NCBI GenBank assembly: GCA_048128005.1
Contig: JBEUKZ010000023.1
Span: forward strand, 310,001 to 374,000
Direction: 5' to 3'
Origin: Veleropilina oligotropha
Lineage: Eukaryota
DNA length: 64,000 nt
Positions 54,201 through 62,242 of the stretch are shown in pieces. Position 1 is the stretch's first letter, and every line of letters starts with the position of its first letter. Position numbers and translations under genes: made by a program. Below the pieces are notes generated by a model, which saw nothing but the letters and a program-made list of their open reading frames with translations, did not search any database and was not told the origin of the DNA.

Positions 54201-57200
54201 ACAGCACTGCCTCTATTTAATTCGGATATTAATGTTCATTTTCAAATCCTATGTGACGAGTTGAATTTTTATTACAATTTTCTGCTAATACCGCATAAGA
54301 TCTGATATGGATATCATATCCAGTTCTTTTAACTGAATATAGTGTCTGTTAAATATATATATATTATTGCAAAGTAAAATGACGTGTCACATGATGTATT
54401 AATTATCAAGATTTTTTTGTGCTGTTCATGATGAGTCATCACACATTTTTTTACGTATGTACATTTATATATTTTAGTAAATTGATCATCTTTTGTCTAC
54501 ATGTTAAATAGCACGTATGTGTATATAATGTATATTAATTTAATCTTATCAAACTGTATATTTTATTCGATTTTGTTATTACTCTCGACCCTTGTGAAAA
54601 TATGTGTTTCACCTACTAATGCCATCAAGTTGAAATAAAGATTATTATTATTACTAGCATTGGTACCCGTCTTCGACGGGTAAGTCCCCCCACCCCATTT
54701 TTTTTTTTTTTTTTTTGGATAGTGCTCCCTTAAATTTTTTTTTTTTTTTCCCGAATTTTCCGAATTTTTTTCGTGGTAAACCTTCCTTGGGGGACCCCGA
54801 TTAACCCCCCAAAGTTTGAAGGTCCTAGGTCAAAGCGTCTGGGAGGAGTTCAACTTGAAACAGACAGACAGACACGCACACATAAAATTATAGTTCCATT
54901 ATATGAAAAGATATAGTAAATTTTTTTTTTTTTAGCGAATTTTCCGAATTTTTTTCGTGGTAAACCTTCCTTGGGGGACCCCGATTAACCCCCCAAAGTT
55001 TGAAGGTCCTAGGTCAAAGCGTCTGGGAGGAGTTCAACTTGAAACAGACAGACAGACAGACCCGCATACAATTATAGCTCCATTATATTAAGATTATTAT
55101 TAACATAAATTGTGTAAAAATTTGTATCTATGTCAATAAAAAATACTTAAATATTGTCGGCCGGGCATATTCATTAAGGATACATATGAAACACTACATT
55201 TTTAAACTTCGAATGTTTTAGAGACTATATCGCCTGTATCTCTCTGTCAATGTGCCATTACTACATGGTCTAATTTAAAATCATAAGTTGCAAGTATATT
55301 CGTCATGCATAGGCCTATATACAGCTAAGAATTAATTTATAGTAACAGCTTTTAGTATTTGATATGGTTCATTATATTTTGCCAAATACAAATCATATAT
55401 AGAGGATATCGAACGAGTGTCCATTCCATATGAGAATTATGAAACGAGTCGGGCACAATTTATGTACCGAGCCTTGGCGAGGTACATAAATTTGCTGAAG
55501 AGTTTCATAATTCTCATATGAAATGGACACAAGTTTCATATCTTCTTTATCACATGACTTTATTTACCTTTAAACTTATTTTATTGCGTTTTTAAACACA
55601 TTTCTTTACGTTTTAAAACTAATTTCTGTCATTAATTTCAGTCATTAAATGGCCTGACCCAGACGCTTCACGCCTCGACAGCACGCGCCACGCCAGTAGC
55701 CAATAACAAATAGTTCAACGTCCGTAATCGACGAGTGAACGCGTATGAATTATTCATTATGTTAATGAGGGTGATTCGCCGCCTAATCAACGGCGCCAGA
55801 TGCGATAATCGGCCGTCATGCTCACCCTCATTTGCATACTTATGAGACGTGTCTTTTCTTACATAAATTTATGGAACGGCCTCCACAGTTCCATAACAGG
55901 TTTGTCATGTGATAAAATAATTTATTACCAGACTTCTGTTATACATGTGACCATAATTTCCGAGAACCAAAGGGAATTTGGGATTTAGGTTACCTCTAAA
56001 ATTCCCATTTTTATATAAATATATTGAAGTAGATTTATTGTAAATGAACATTAATTCTTTTAAATTATGGTTTTAAGGATCCATATTTTTCACCCCAAAA
56101 CATGAAAAATATTGACATATTTAATATTCATAAAACTTATCACTATTCCCGAGTCACCCACTCGGACCACAATTTGTTTCAGCCGTGCGTTCAGGATCTA
56201 CTTTTCAGTAAAACGTTTTTCAAAAGCGCTTTGCACGCTTGTTAAACGCGTCACCAGTTGCTGCTTGATATATCGGTCACATCATTGTTTACATAATATT
56301 TTCATACATTCCAATGCAAATCGCTGAATTGCGTAGTTATTTGACCTTCCTAGAATTTGTCGAATACAGCATACAAACAAGTGGTAAAGCACCATAAGCT
56401 ATCAGTAGAAATTTTAAATTAAATTATTTTCTTCTTAATTTACATATTATTTCGATTAAGACTCTGATTAATAGTTTGTGACTCCCACCCAAATGCATCC
56501 AATGTCGCAAAATAAATTTGACTTTCAGTCCTTTATTCACAGTCGGACATTTCGTCCGCCATCTTGGCCGCGCGGCGTGTAACCTCCGAAGGTTGCACGC
56601 CGTGTGCAAAATGTTTTCAGAAAGCGCTCTGCAATTGAACGGTTAAACACAAAACGTTTAGTGATTTAGACAAAACGTTTTCATCCTGAACGTACGGCAG
56701 GCTTTATTGAAGTAAACACGAGGTGTCGAATTTCGTTCTACTGTTAAATTATTTGTCTTTGATAAAGAATTGGGAGTCTCAATTATCACTGCATTAATTC
56801 AGTTGAAAATAAAGTGATTCAACTTGCACCTAAGTTACTTTAGACACTTTTATGGCCTTCTGTATCTGTTGACAGATAAGGTATAACCTGCAGACAGCCT
56901 TCCTGTTTAATCCGTTGTGCACACTGCGACGACCAGTACATGCACTCTAATTACGTAATTATATTGATAACGATAGCTGCTGACCTGGCTAGTGCAATGA
57001 CCATATTTTGGTTTCTGATAGGCACTTTGTACACATTTTATATACTTATATTGCTACAAAATCGATTGGCCCGGAGGACTTTCATACACTGAAGTTGACT
57101 GGCCCGACGGAGATTTTGATGGCCTCGGGCCAGTAAATGATAGTTAATTTCGAACACTGCTAATTGAAACATGCATGATCGCCTTGCCAGACCTGTCAAC

Positions 57201-58239
57201 ATTAGAAAATACCCAAGAGGAAGATTTCTTCGGCAACAATATATATATAGGCCTACATAAATATATTATTACGTGATATTATGATGGTCATTTAACAAAA
57301 ACAAAATAATATTTAAAAAAATTTAAATTCACAATGACGGGACCCTCCCACCAGGTACGGGAGCATTGACAGGTCTGCCTTGCTTCTGATGGATCGATGC
57401 TCATAAACCGTAAAAATAATGTGAATATGACTCCGGACACATCTCAAGCAATTGACATCGTCTGTGGTTCGGTTAGGTCTCGATTCACATCAATTTTTAT
57501 GAGTATCTAAAGATTTGATTGCTTCTATTTGGTACTGCATGTGCTCTAAATCATGGATGGGTGAGTCAATCGGGGGGGGGGGGGGATCCACCAGATCCAA
57601 TATTTTGCACGTGTGTTAAAAGATTAGGGTGAAAACACGAAGAGGGTGAAAACACCAGGGAACTTGCAGTTTAAGGTTATCTAACCCTGCATGCTTACTA
57701 ATTCACTGACCTTAATGCCCATAGAATTTACTCCTAAACCCTAATGCCCATAGTGTAAGGTAATGTCCGTAAATCGTCTCCAAATTGGACATTGATCATG
57801 GGTATTTGAACGAATAGTAGCCTTGGGACCCTTAAACTGCAAACTACCCAAAACACCCAAGCAGACGAAACAATAATGGATGCTCTGATGAAAGGAGACA
57901 ACACTGATTTTAATGACTAACTGTCCATGTAATGTGTGGGGCCAAGCCGTCTTTTATAAAGCAGATCACAGTTTAAGATGATAATGGTATAGGCTTAGAC
58001 ATAACTACCATTACGATCATCAAGAAATATAATCAAACATAATCGAAATTTCAGGAATGGTGCCAAATAATCCGGATACAAAAATGTCAACAAATGCTAA
58101 AAAAGAAACAAGACCATTTTCAAGACTGAAATACGACGCTGAAATGCACGCATGATCAACCATGCAATAAAATAATCAAACCTGTGCAATTTGAATTTGT
58201 TGTGGTTTGCATTGGCCCGAAATCGTCTGTGTCCGTCAT
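15063..58239 (-). CDS. RABEP1: Rabaptin-5 (Rab GTPase-binding effector protein 1) orthologue with C-terminal FYVE domain; 22 coding exons, 2925 nt, ~974 aa (whole-gene span)
   Basis: Exons assembled by hand, phases match at every junction. Peptides match RABEP1 motifs: FGQNRARFKELFLQKEE, AQEDAEMLRSVILPLEEE, EKSARMDLEMYVSVLNTQ, TWTMANDQFLESQRLMMMDM, RLVSEKEWALLQKE, CDMCHNYEAQLQ, LKSEILFLKDQ, SEAVQRDFVKLSQSLQIQLEKIRQ. Confidence 0.93.
15769..15879 (-). CDS. RABEP1: RABEP exon 21 (end of Rab5-binding region, start of FYVE)
   Basis: ctatag|ATT...AAG|gtaagt; IQLEKIRQAETEVRWQHEDDVEDCNSCNQPFTVTKRK. Confidence 0.93.
16965..17081 (-). CDS. RABEP1: RABEP exon 20 (Rab5-binding region)
   Basis: tttcag|AAC...CAG|gtaatt; NRLEYDNGTLKAKLQSLTVDLDNSEAVQRDFVKLSQSLQ. 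Confidence 0.94.
19319..19485 (-). CDS. RABEP1: RABEP exon 19
   Basis: tttcag|CT...AAA|gtaaga; AVQDSVKSELEREATVRAETESKLRESEQ...EEHSNNK. Confidence 0.9.
19840..20229. repeat. 22-bp minisatellite (~17 units) overlapping the exon 18 donor
   Basis: Unit ttacctaactgtaagcagtgtt; the last unit contains the real exon/intron junction. Confidence 0.88.
20222..20411 (-). CDS. RABEP1: RABEP exon 18
   Basis: ttgcag|GAA...TAG|gtaaga; EMQLLLLRYREDIISAKVAKEHTESTLKSEILFLKDQ...QEQL. Confidence 0.93.
23614..23715 (-). CDS. RABEP1: RABEP exon 17
   Basis: ttttag|ATT...GAG|gtaaca; IARVEKENDSLQGLHSKHSQQLQNEDINLPNNLE. Confidence 0.92.
24042..24080 (-). CDS. RABEP1: RABEP exon 16 (39-nt micro-exon, GC donor)
   Basis: tttcag|AAA...GAG|gcaagt; KVLSDTREEVQKE. 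Confidence 0.82.
24663..26252 (+). mobile_element. Helentron/HINE-like element with a diverged ~169-bp tandem array
   Basis: AACAAG start; repeated tatagtctatgtcaatcttata, aaaatagcaaaaggcacaag, gtttcgtgaagcta; ACGG-type microsatellite at the 3' end. A related 3' fragment lies at ~27325-27455. Confidence 0.72.
27142..27240 (-). CDS. RABEP1: RABEP exon 15
   Basis: ttttag|ATC...CTG|gtaaga; ISTLTTKVHESEKYMVSVKQHYTQSQLDVQDQL. Confidence 0.9.
27837..28058 (-). CDS. RABEP1: RABEP exon 14
   Basis: ctaaag|ATG...CAG|gtgggt; MKSAREKLGRPCDMCHNYEAQLQ...EDAQLQ. Confidence 0.93.
28534..31805 (+). mobile_element. Helentron/HINE-like non-autonomous element carrying a ~20-copy 158-bp satellite array
   Basis: 5' AACTAGA; subterminal IR ggcccgcctt (28558) / aaggcgggcc (31791); GACG/GACA microsatellite and 3' hairpin after the array; tandem monomers at ~28605-31725. 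Confidence 0.85.
31941..32065 (-). CDS. RABEP1: RABEP exon 13
   Basis: cttcag|AT...GAG|gtaaca; DPTPESEARKSLLASVRSKVEGISLEGKRLVSEKEWALLQKE. Confidence 0.92.
32453..32747 (-). CDS. RABEP1: RABEP exon 12 (Ser-rich linker)
   Basis: taacag|AAA...CAG|gtagcg; KYRLSESTLSKSQS...ADDLFPFDNSFSEL...SEAQQKSLT. Confidence 0.85.
32939..32973 (-). CDS. RABEP1: RABEP exon 11 (35-nt micro-exon)
   Basis: ttcaacag|AA...GAG|gtaatg; EELRTQTGLTPE; needed to convert phase 1 to phase 0. Confidence 0.8.
33085..33340 (-). mobile_element. Older copy of the same SINE family (others at ~2752-2900 +, 10845-10990 -, 11400-11600 -, 20700-20930 -, 37040-37170 -)
   Basis: Shares ggttcaa(a/g)gcaggacatgtcc, ggacaactgtgattcataacttgaacaaat and gcggaatcaa with the young copies. 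Confidence 0.75.
33760..34530. mobile_element. TIR element with repeated tagtagcatggagtcgac motif, inserted in a SINE copy
   Basis: cggtatagtagcagggagtcga / tcgactccatgctactaaaccg; internal motif copies at 33797 and ~34456. Confidence 0.65.
34779..34886 (-). CDS. RABEP1: RABEP exon 10
   Basis: tcacag|AA...AGG|gtcaga; ELQKKDQEREAQEKRVKALEEMREREQTEQEARRKK. Confidence 0.9.
35640..35798 (-). CDS. RABEP1: RABEP exon 9
   Basis: tcatag|TG...CGG|gtacgg; VCRLLEGERKEHGDLMRTWTMANDQFLESQRLMMMDMRRMETVLTAEQQRQIA. Confidence 0.93.
36552..36687 (-). CDS. RABEP1: RABEP exon 8
   Basis: ctttag|GTA...AAG|gtaagc; VKEVMQYLKVEKSARMDLEMYVSVLNTQRNVLQDESDKSRLELQE. Confidence 0.93.
37385..37477 (-). CDS. RABEP1: RABEP exon 7 (low-conservation, symmetric phase 0)
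   Basis: ttttag|GAG...CGA|gtcagt; EDAKDLSLLTSDGKKSPSLPELDCNKDPEDR. Confidence 0.75.
38121..38237 (-). CDS. RABEP1: RABEP exon 6
   Basis: ttttag|GCT...AAG|gtgaga; AQEDAEMLRSVILPLEEELIELKEKLRASDSRVQELEAK. Confidence 0.93.
38596..38704 (-). CDS. RABEP1: RABEP exon 5
   Basis: tttcag|GG...AGG|gtatat; EGILAVVAKSIKRVGGGSSSANANSESDDLEDGMRR; phase 2->0. Confidence 0.87.
39414..39540 (-). CDS. RABEP1: RABEP exon 4
   Basis: tttcag|AA...TCG|gtaagc; EAADDMVTSRTSEYEMERQLLSKSNEILDQELQELKSKLNQD; phase 1->2. Confidence 0.88.
40636..41071 (+). mobile_element. MITE whose 3' terminal 46 bp is tandemly amplified five times
   Basis: agacctgtcaa / ttgacaggtctg termini; unit caacgacgggaccctcccaccagatacgggagcattgacaggtctg at 40843-41071; unamplified sibling at 57188-57377. 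Confidence 0.8.
41162..42079. mobile_element. CAG...CTG TIR element with 5-bp TSD
   Basis: gactg|cagccctcaa...ttgagggctg|gactg. Confidence 0.72.
42298..42501 (-). CDS. RABEP1: RABEP exon 3
   Basis: ttgcag|AA...AAG|gtacga; ELEDLKTVATISELAKQDEIDELRQHFQQELASVQHIMK. Confidence 0.92.
42712..43704. mobile_element. TIR element next to the DIRS 3' end, with an internal 31-bp inverted repeat pair
   Basis: caccttcggttgc / gcaaccgaaggtg perfect 13-bp TIR; internal IR at 43261-43291 / 43553-43583. Confidence 0.65.
43751..43957. repeat. DIRS 3' inverted terminal repeat (with a terminal extension at 43716-43750)
   Basis: Reverse complement of 50918-51124, about 5 mismatches by eye. Confidence 0.95.
44018..44108. 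repeat. DIRS internal complementary region (ICR)
   Basis: 44018-44071 is the reverse complement of the left terminus (aggaggattaag...cttac). 44071-44108 is the reverse complement of the right terminus (tggcattag...gatatagata). Confidence 0.93.
44895..46223 (-). CDS. DIRS tyrosine recombinase (C-terminal part of the ancestral ORF3)
   Basis: Catalytic motifs ALATGNRASEIHAL (R), HETR (HxxR), AGYW, FVRFY (Y); SAM-like N-terminal region STTKVYDYRWKKFVDWC. Confidence 0.92.
   Translation of the reverse strand: MGESDRLRLSAVVHAATSTSESNTRRLRVDANSTPTTHAVLVSDTSGSTHRSATCAPADDRPVIATAQSGPTPVGERVSLSRLATIERSLIKKGFSRATAQRIYRSRRQSTTKVYDYRWKKFVDWCRGRQINIFRPPVTKFIEFLSSLLERGMSISAVKGYRSCVATTLRQCREHTRLSTDKTISDFIRSYQLERPIQRVRPPAWNILLILNALLRCPFEPMSECSLKNLTYKTVLLTALATGNRASEIHALSGELRDIHFHTDGSLTLHTVLGFLAKTQRPEDICPEVCIRNLSMLGRDDIDRLNCPVRALRFYLDRTRDLRHGKKRLFISHMPQFHRDVRKSTVSRWIVSVVKDIYKRSDEPDRDLVSIHAHETRALATSLAFKYNLNINAILKAGYWKSANTFVRFYLRDYATTASGEHSISFVAANQQCIRGSRSSLQ
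45809..48096 (-). pseudogene. DIRS pol: reverse transcriptase, RNase H and Dam-like methyltransferase, frameshifted at 46247-46274
   Basis: RT: IDLTDAY, LPFGLASAP, YLDD. RNase H: FTDAS, HINFLELEAV, TDN, NVRADTLSR. MT: VDLFA, continuing in the other frame as VDALSMRW, YAFPP, LIAP...WF. Confidence 0.92.
47897..50133 (-). pseudogene. DIRS gag-like ORF1, split in two near 48470-48550
   Basis: N-terminal Cys/His cluster CSGSGC...DRHSECTIHRVC...CEHC in ORF 48469..50133. C-terminal block LLRRDACL...LRCVPLSASTLFG plus a basic tail in ORF 47897..48448, in a different frame. Confidence 0.8.
50918..51124. repeat. DIRS 5' inverted terminal repeat (terminus extends to 51135)
   Basis: Reverse complement of 43751-43957. 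Confidence 0.95.
51412..51555 (-). CDS. RABEP1: RABEP exon 2
   Basis: tttcag|AC...AAG|gtattt; DDNDVLLLRDKILHLEKREQELTKEREESEAAFGQNRARFKELFLQKE. Confidence 0.92.
51688..52771. mobile_element. TACTGTA-type TIR element containing a SINE insertion
   Basis: tactgtaaatgac...gggtatcaattttcgtggttt versus aaaccacgaaaattggtaccc...attctacagta. Confidence 0.7.
51859..52120 (-). mobile_element. tRNA-derived SINE, young copy with TSD
   Basis: Minus strand: A-box-like GGCAGCGCAGTGG, B-box GGTTCAATACC, core GGGTTTACCCGGGCGACCGGGGTTTCCTCC, (CCT)n tail; TSD tttccaatggt at 51848 and 52124. Confidence 0.85.
54653..55094 (+). mobile_element. Helitron/HINE-like element with a duplicated ~185-bp core
   Basis: ACTAG start with hairpin acccgtcttcgacgggt; two near-identical cores ending in (GACA)n and ...TATA..AAGAT. 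Confidence 0.72.
56180..56699. mobile_element. MITE; an inverted partial sibling lies at ~26255-26940
   Basis: cagccgtgcgttcaggat / atcctgaacgtacggcag termini; internal 56350-56535 is a reverse-complement match to 26256-26440. Confidence 0.7.
57188..57377 (+). mobile_element. MITE, sibling of 40636-41071
   Basis: cagacctgtcaa...ttgacaggtctg flanked by the direct repeat ccttgc. Confidence 0.75.
57658..57849. mobile_element. MITE with ~9-bp TSD (MULE-like)
   Basis: aaaacacca|gggaacttgcagtttaagg...ccttaaactgcaaactaccc|aaaacaccc. Confidence 0.6.
58182..58239 (-). CDS. RABEP1: RABEP exon 1 (MTDTDDFGPMQTTTNSNCT, phase 1)
   Basis: AAAATG start context, donor CAG|GTTTGA, and phase 1 matches exon 2. 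The peptide itself is not conserved. Confidence 0.65.
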
Positions 58240-59314
58240 TTTAACGAGACGTGCAGAGGTTGTCTTTTACACCTCCCTAGTTTTTCTTTCACTCATTCAT
58301 GTCTGCGAAGCTCCCGTCATTACGATTGAAGCGCTACCTACTTCCTTATTTACCACTCGGGAGCTTTCGGAAATCTCGAAAATACCCGAACAGTTACGAT
58401 TATGCCATCGGTATTTCCGACCGCCTAGCTACTTCCAAGCTTGAAATGATTTTGCATCAGAATTTAAATTCTGCTCAAATCATCCGAACTACAGATTGAA
58501 TTAAATGATGTAAACGGCAATTCGGAGAAGCTCTAGACAGCCTTGTTGTGTAACTGTTGCAAAATAAAACGTAGTCGATGAATTGTTGAATAAAACGTGT
58601 AGTACGCAGCCTAGGCATAGACCTAATTAACTTTTAAATGTCATTTCAATTTTCATTCTAAAGTTAAATATTGAAAATAATGCTCAATTTTTATTTCGAA
58701 TATCTTTTCTTGGTAAAACGAATATTTAGAAATGACGAACAATATTATTTTTTACTCTTTACTTAACTTTTAAATGATCTAACATTGAAAACGACACATC
58801 AACAGAAGATATACATGGATGTCTTTTGTTGATGTGACAAATTGAAAAAAGAATTCAATCTCATTATTAGCGATTATTGACAGTCGATATTTTCACATTT
58901 CCATTATATGCCCTACTAGAAGTAAAATATCGGCAATTGCACATATATTAACTATATATTATATGTATATGGTACTGGGTGCATTGCGTGTTGTTGTCCG
59001 CGCCTTGGGTCAGTTTTGTTTATGCTCACGCGCGCATGTCTTATAATATATAGGCCAACTGATATCATACGGCATTAACATACTACGCATACTAACATTC
59101 AAAATAAAATTGAAAGCAAATGAGTAATGTAAGTTTCAATGTTCGGTCATTACTCAGTTCAATCCGGTGAAACGAACATTGAAAAACAAATATATATGTC
59201 TACCTGTTTCCATGTCATGTGGTAGACTTAGGCTAGAGAGAACAATGGAATTAAATGACTTTCCCTACACTGACAATTTTCTTTCAATTTATAACAATAA
59301 AATTATAAGCGTAT

Positions 59315-60450
59315 ATTGGTATACACCTTGTGTACTATCAGGCCTTGCCTATTTTCAAAGATGGGGTCACTGGATCAAATGTCAAGGTGACTTAAAGATG
59401 AGTCACTGGATCAAATGTAAATGTCATTTTCGTGTAAATTCCGTTCTGTCATTTGGAAGAATATTGCTTTCTGGCACATAGAAGACGAACCACTGGACCA
59501 ACACCGTTCATATTTCTGACCCTAAAATGAAGGTATCTTTCATATTTGGTATACACCACGTGTATGCCATCATGCCTTGCGTGAATTCAAAGGTGAGGTC
59601 ACTGTGTTAAAGGTCAAGGCCTTTTTAGTGTATTTCCGTTCTGTCACTTGGAAGATTGCTTTCTGTCACATAGAGGAGGAGGAGGAAATGATGCTTAATG
59701 TCCTGTATATTTACAACATCGAGGTTCAAGGCAGGACATGTCCGTGTTATCGCGGGAGGAAACCCCGGGCGCCCGGGTAAACCCGCCCTCTTCGGCCAGT
59801 CACGGACAACTGTGATTCATAACTTGAACAAATTTCAATGCCTCAGCCAGGTATTGAACCCACTACTGTTCGCATTAGCGGAATCAAGCCAGTGAAGTTA
59901 GAGTGGACACTCTACCCACTGCGCTGCCGAAGCGGCCGGCTGTCACATGGAAGACCAACTGCTGGATATACACTTTTGATATTTGGTATACATCTTGTGT
60001 AGGCCTACAATTAGGCCAAGCTTGCCTAAGTTTAAAAATGGGGTTACTGCGTTAAAGGTCAATGTCATTTCGTGTATTTCCGTTATGTCACATTGAAGAT
60101 TGCTTATGTTACATAGAAGACGAACCACTCGACATATACCTTTCACAGTTAATTGTGCACACCTTTTATACCACCAGGCCTTGCCTACGTTCAAAGATGG
60201 TTTCACTCTGATCGAGGTCATGGTCATATTCGTTCTGTCACTTGTAATATTGTTTTCACCACCAGGCCTTGCCTACGTTCAAAGATGGTGTCACCCTGTT
60301 CAAGGTCATTTTCGTTCTGTCACTTGGAATATTGTTTTATGTCAAATAGTAAACGAACCACTGGACCTAAACTTTTTGTTGTATATATTGCAAACCATCA
60401 AGCATTGCAGAAGTTCAAAGATGGGGTCATCAATTCAAAGGTCAAATTAA
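59315..60450 (-). repeat. Degenerate inverted array of the same 158-bp monomer family, interrupted by a SINE
   Basis: Motifs such as ttcaaagatggggtc, aaggtcaagg, ttccgttctgtcacttggaagattgctttctgtcacataga are reverse-complement matches to the 28.6-31.7 kb monomer. Confidence 0.8.
59673..59939 (-). mobile_element. tRNA-derived SINE, near-identical to 51859-52120
   Basis: Same sequence with few substitutions; TSD ctgtcacat at 59663 and 59940. Confidence 0.85.
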
Positions 60451-62242
60451 CTTGTGTGAAATATATAATTTCTGACAGTTACTATATGTGAATCATTGGT
60501 GGGAAAGAGTGAATGAAGTGGGAATTTATTATAAAGTTATTCCTTATTTGACTCTCTGTGGATTTATATATAGAGAGAGAGCCTAGCCTATTCGGAAGGG
60601 CCTGTATAACAGAAAAGATGGACTTACCAAATTTAAAGTGCATTGAACACTGAACATCGTACAATAATACTTATAGACACAGAATACTCCTACCTGCACA
60701 ATCACGCGCATCTTAAACCACCTCTCAGAAATGTTATAATCATTTGTACATCTTGCTATTGGCCGATGTTTCATGTTGAAGGTATCAGCGTTTTTATCTA
60801 ACTCTAAAGTCCATCAGATGTTAGTAACACGCTGCAGTGCCAGGCTGTATAATAGTATAATGGGGCCTATGCAACAATAATTGCTTTCGGAGAACAGATA
60901 GCCTATTATCTTCCGACACCATGCACGGACCAGTAGTCATATTACAAATGTGATATATAAAACGCTTAAAACAGAGCGGACATTGCTGTTGAGTAGGGCC
61001 TACTTGTATTCCAATAAGCTCATGTAATATTTAATGTTATCCTGGGACGGCAAGTTTGATACGTTTCTACATGACTTCAATATGCTCATGTCAATATGGC
61101 ATGTACATTTAGAGATTGCCTACTATTATTACCCCCCCCCCCCCCCCACACACACACACACGCATGTACAATATTCATACAAAATCTTGTGTGATGGAAA
61201 AACGATATATCTACGCATTTCATGGGGCATGTTACACCCAACGATTAAATCTATCTATATTGTTTATTTCCCAAACTCTTTTTCGAAAATATATACTTGC
61301 TGCAAGCGAATTGGTTTTTATTTTATTTTGATAAGACCGATCACATAGATTATTATTATTTCGGGCATCACAAAAAAGAAACTGTGCATTGATAAAATGT
61401 TTATAGAAAAGTCGTTTCTTTGTAAAAGTTAGTGATGGATTACTAAACGCATACTGATGAGGTCAAAAGCCACAGTCCGCTCAATCGAATTAAGCTGTTT
61501 ATCAATAGTTGGTCCCGGGTTCGCAACCAGCGGCGGTTCGTTCTACCGCTTAAAATAATAGAAGGCATATTTCCGTAATGCATGTCGGTCAGATCGGAGT
61601 GAGACTTTAAACCGGGTGTCCCGACTACGATATGTCTGAACAATTGCCAAAAGTGGTTGTAAAACAATGTTGCCAACCAACCAACCACAGCTAGTCCGTT
61701 CACAAAGTCAATGCCATGTTTGTCTGCCGTTTGGATCGACTCAGCCCTGGCACAGTCGCCTTAAATAATCCATCAGATAGTTCAAAATGCTTGCGGAATT
61801 CCGCTTCATGCATACATTAACACATGCCAAATTTCCTAACGTCTGAGGGTGATTTGGCAAAGCAAGTGATCGCGACCCAACATTTCACCCCGTACGTGCT
61901 CGGTCGGTGAAAGTTCTGGATATATATGCCTACGTCAGCTCATGGACATTCTGATGGAGAGTGACGTGATGCTGTCGTCTGCGAACAAACGAGACGACAT
62001 GAACTTGGATGTTTTCATTCACAAGATATGATTATCATTAGTTCTTTCATTTGTTGTTGTTACCGCTATTTGTTATTGCTATCGCTATTTGTTGTTGCTA
62101 TCTCCATCGAATGCTGCCATTCCACAACGCAACTGTCAGCAAAACGCTCTCCATGCATGCAACGTGATGATGGTATACGCCATCACTGCTGGCCATGTGA
62201 CTCATCCGTGAACAGAATTCCCATCTCTGCCACGGCCATCAC

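Larger units (their letters stand above)
53715..57159. mobile_element. 3.4-kb TIR element with 5-bp TSD and nested insertions
   Basis: ctaat|tagtgttagaaactaact...agttaatttcgaacactg|ctaat; subterminal ctggccc / tcgggcc motifs. Confidence 0.65.
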
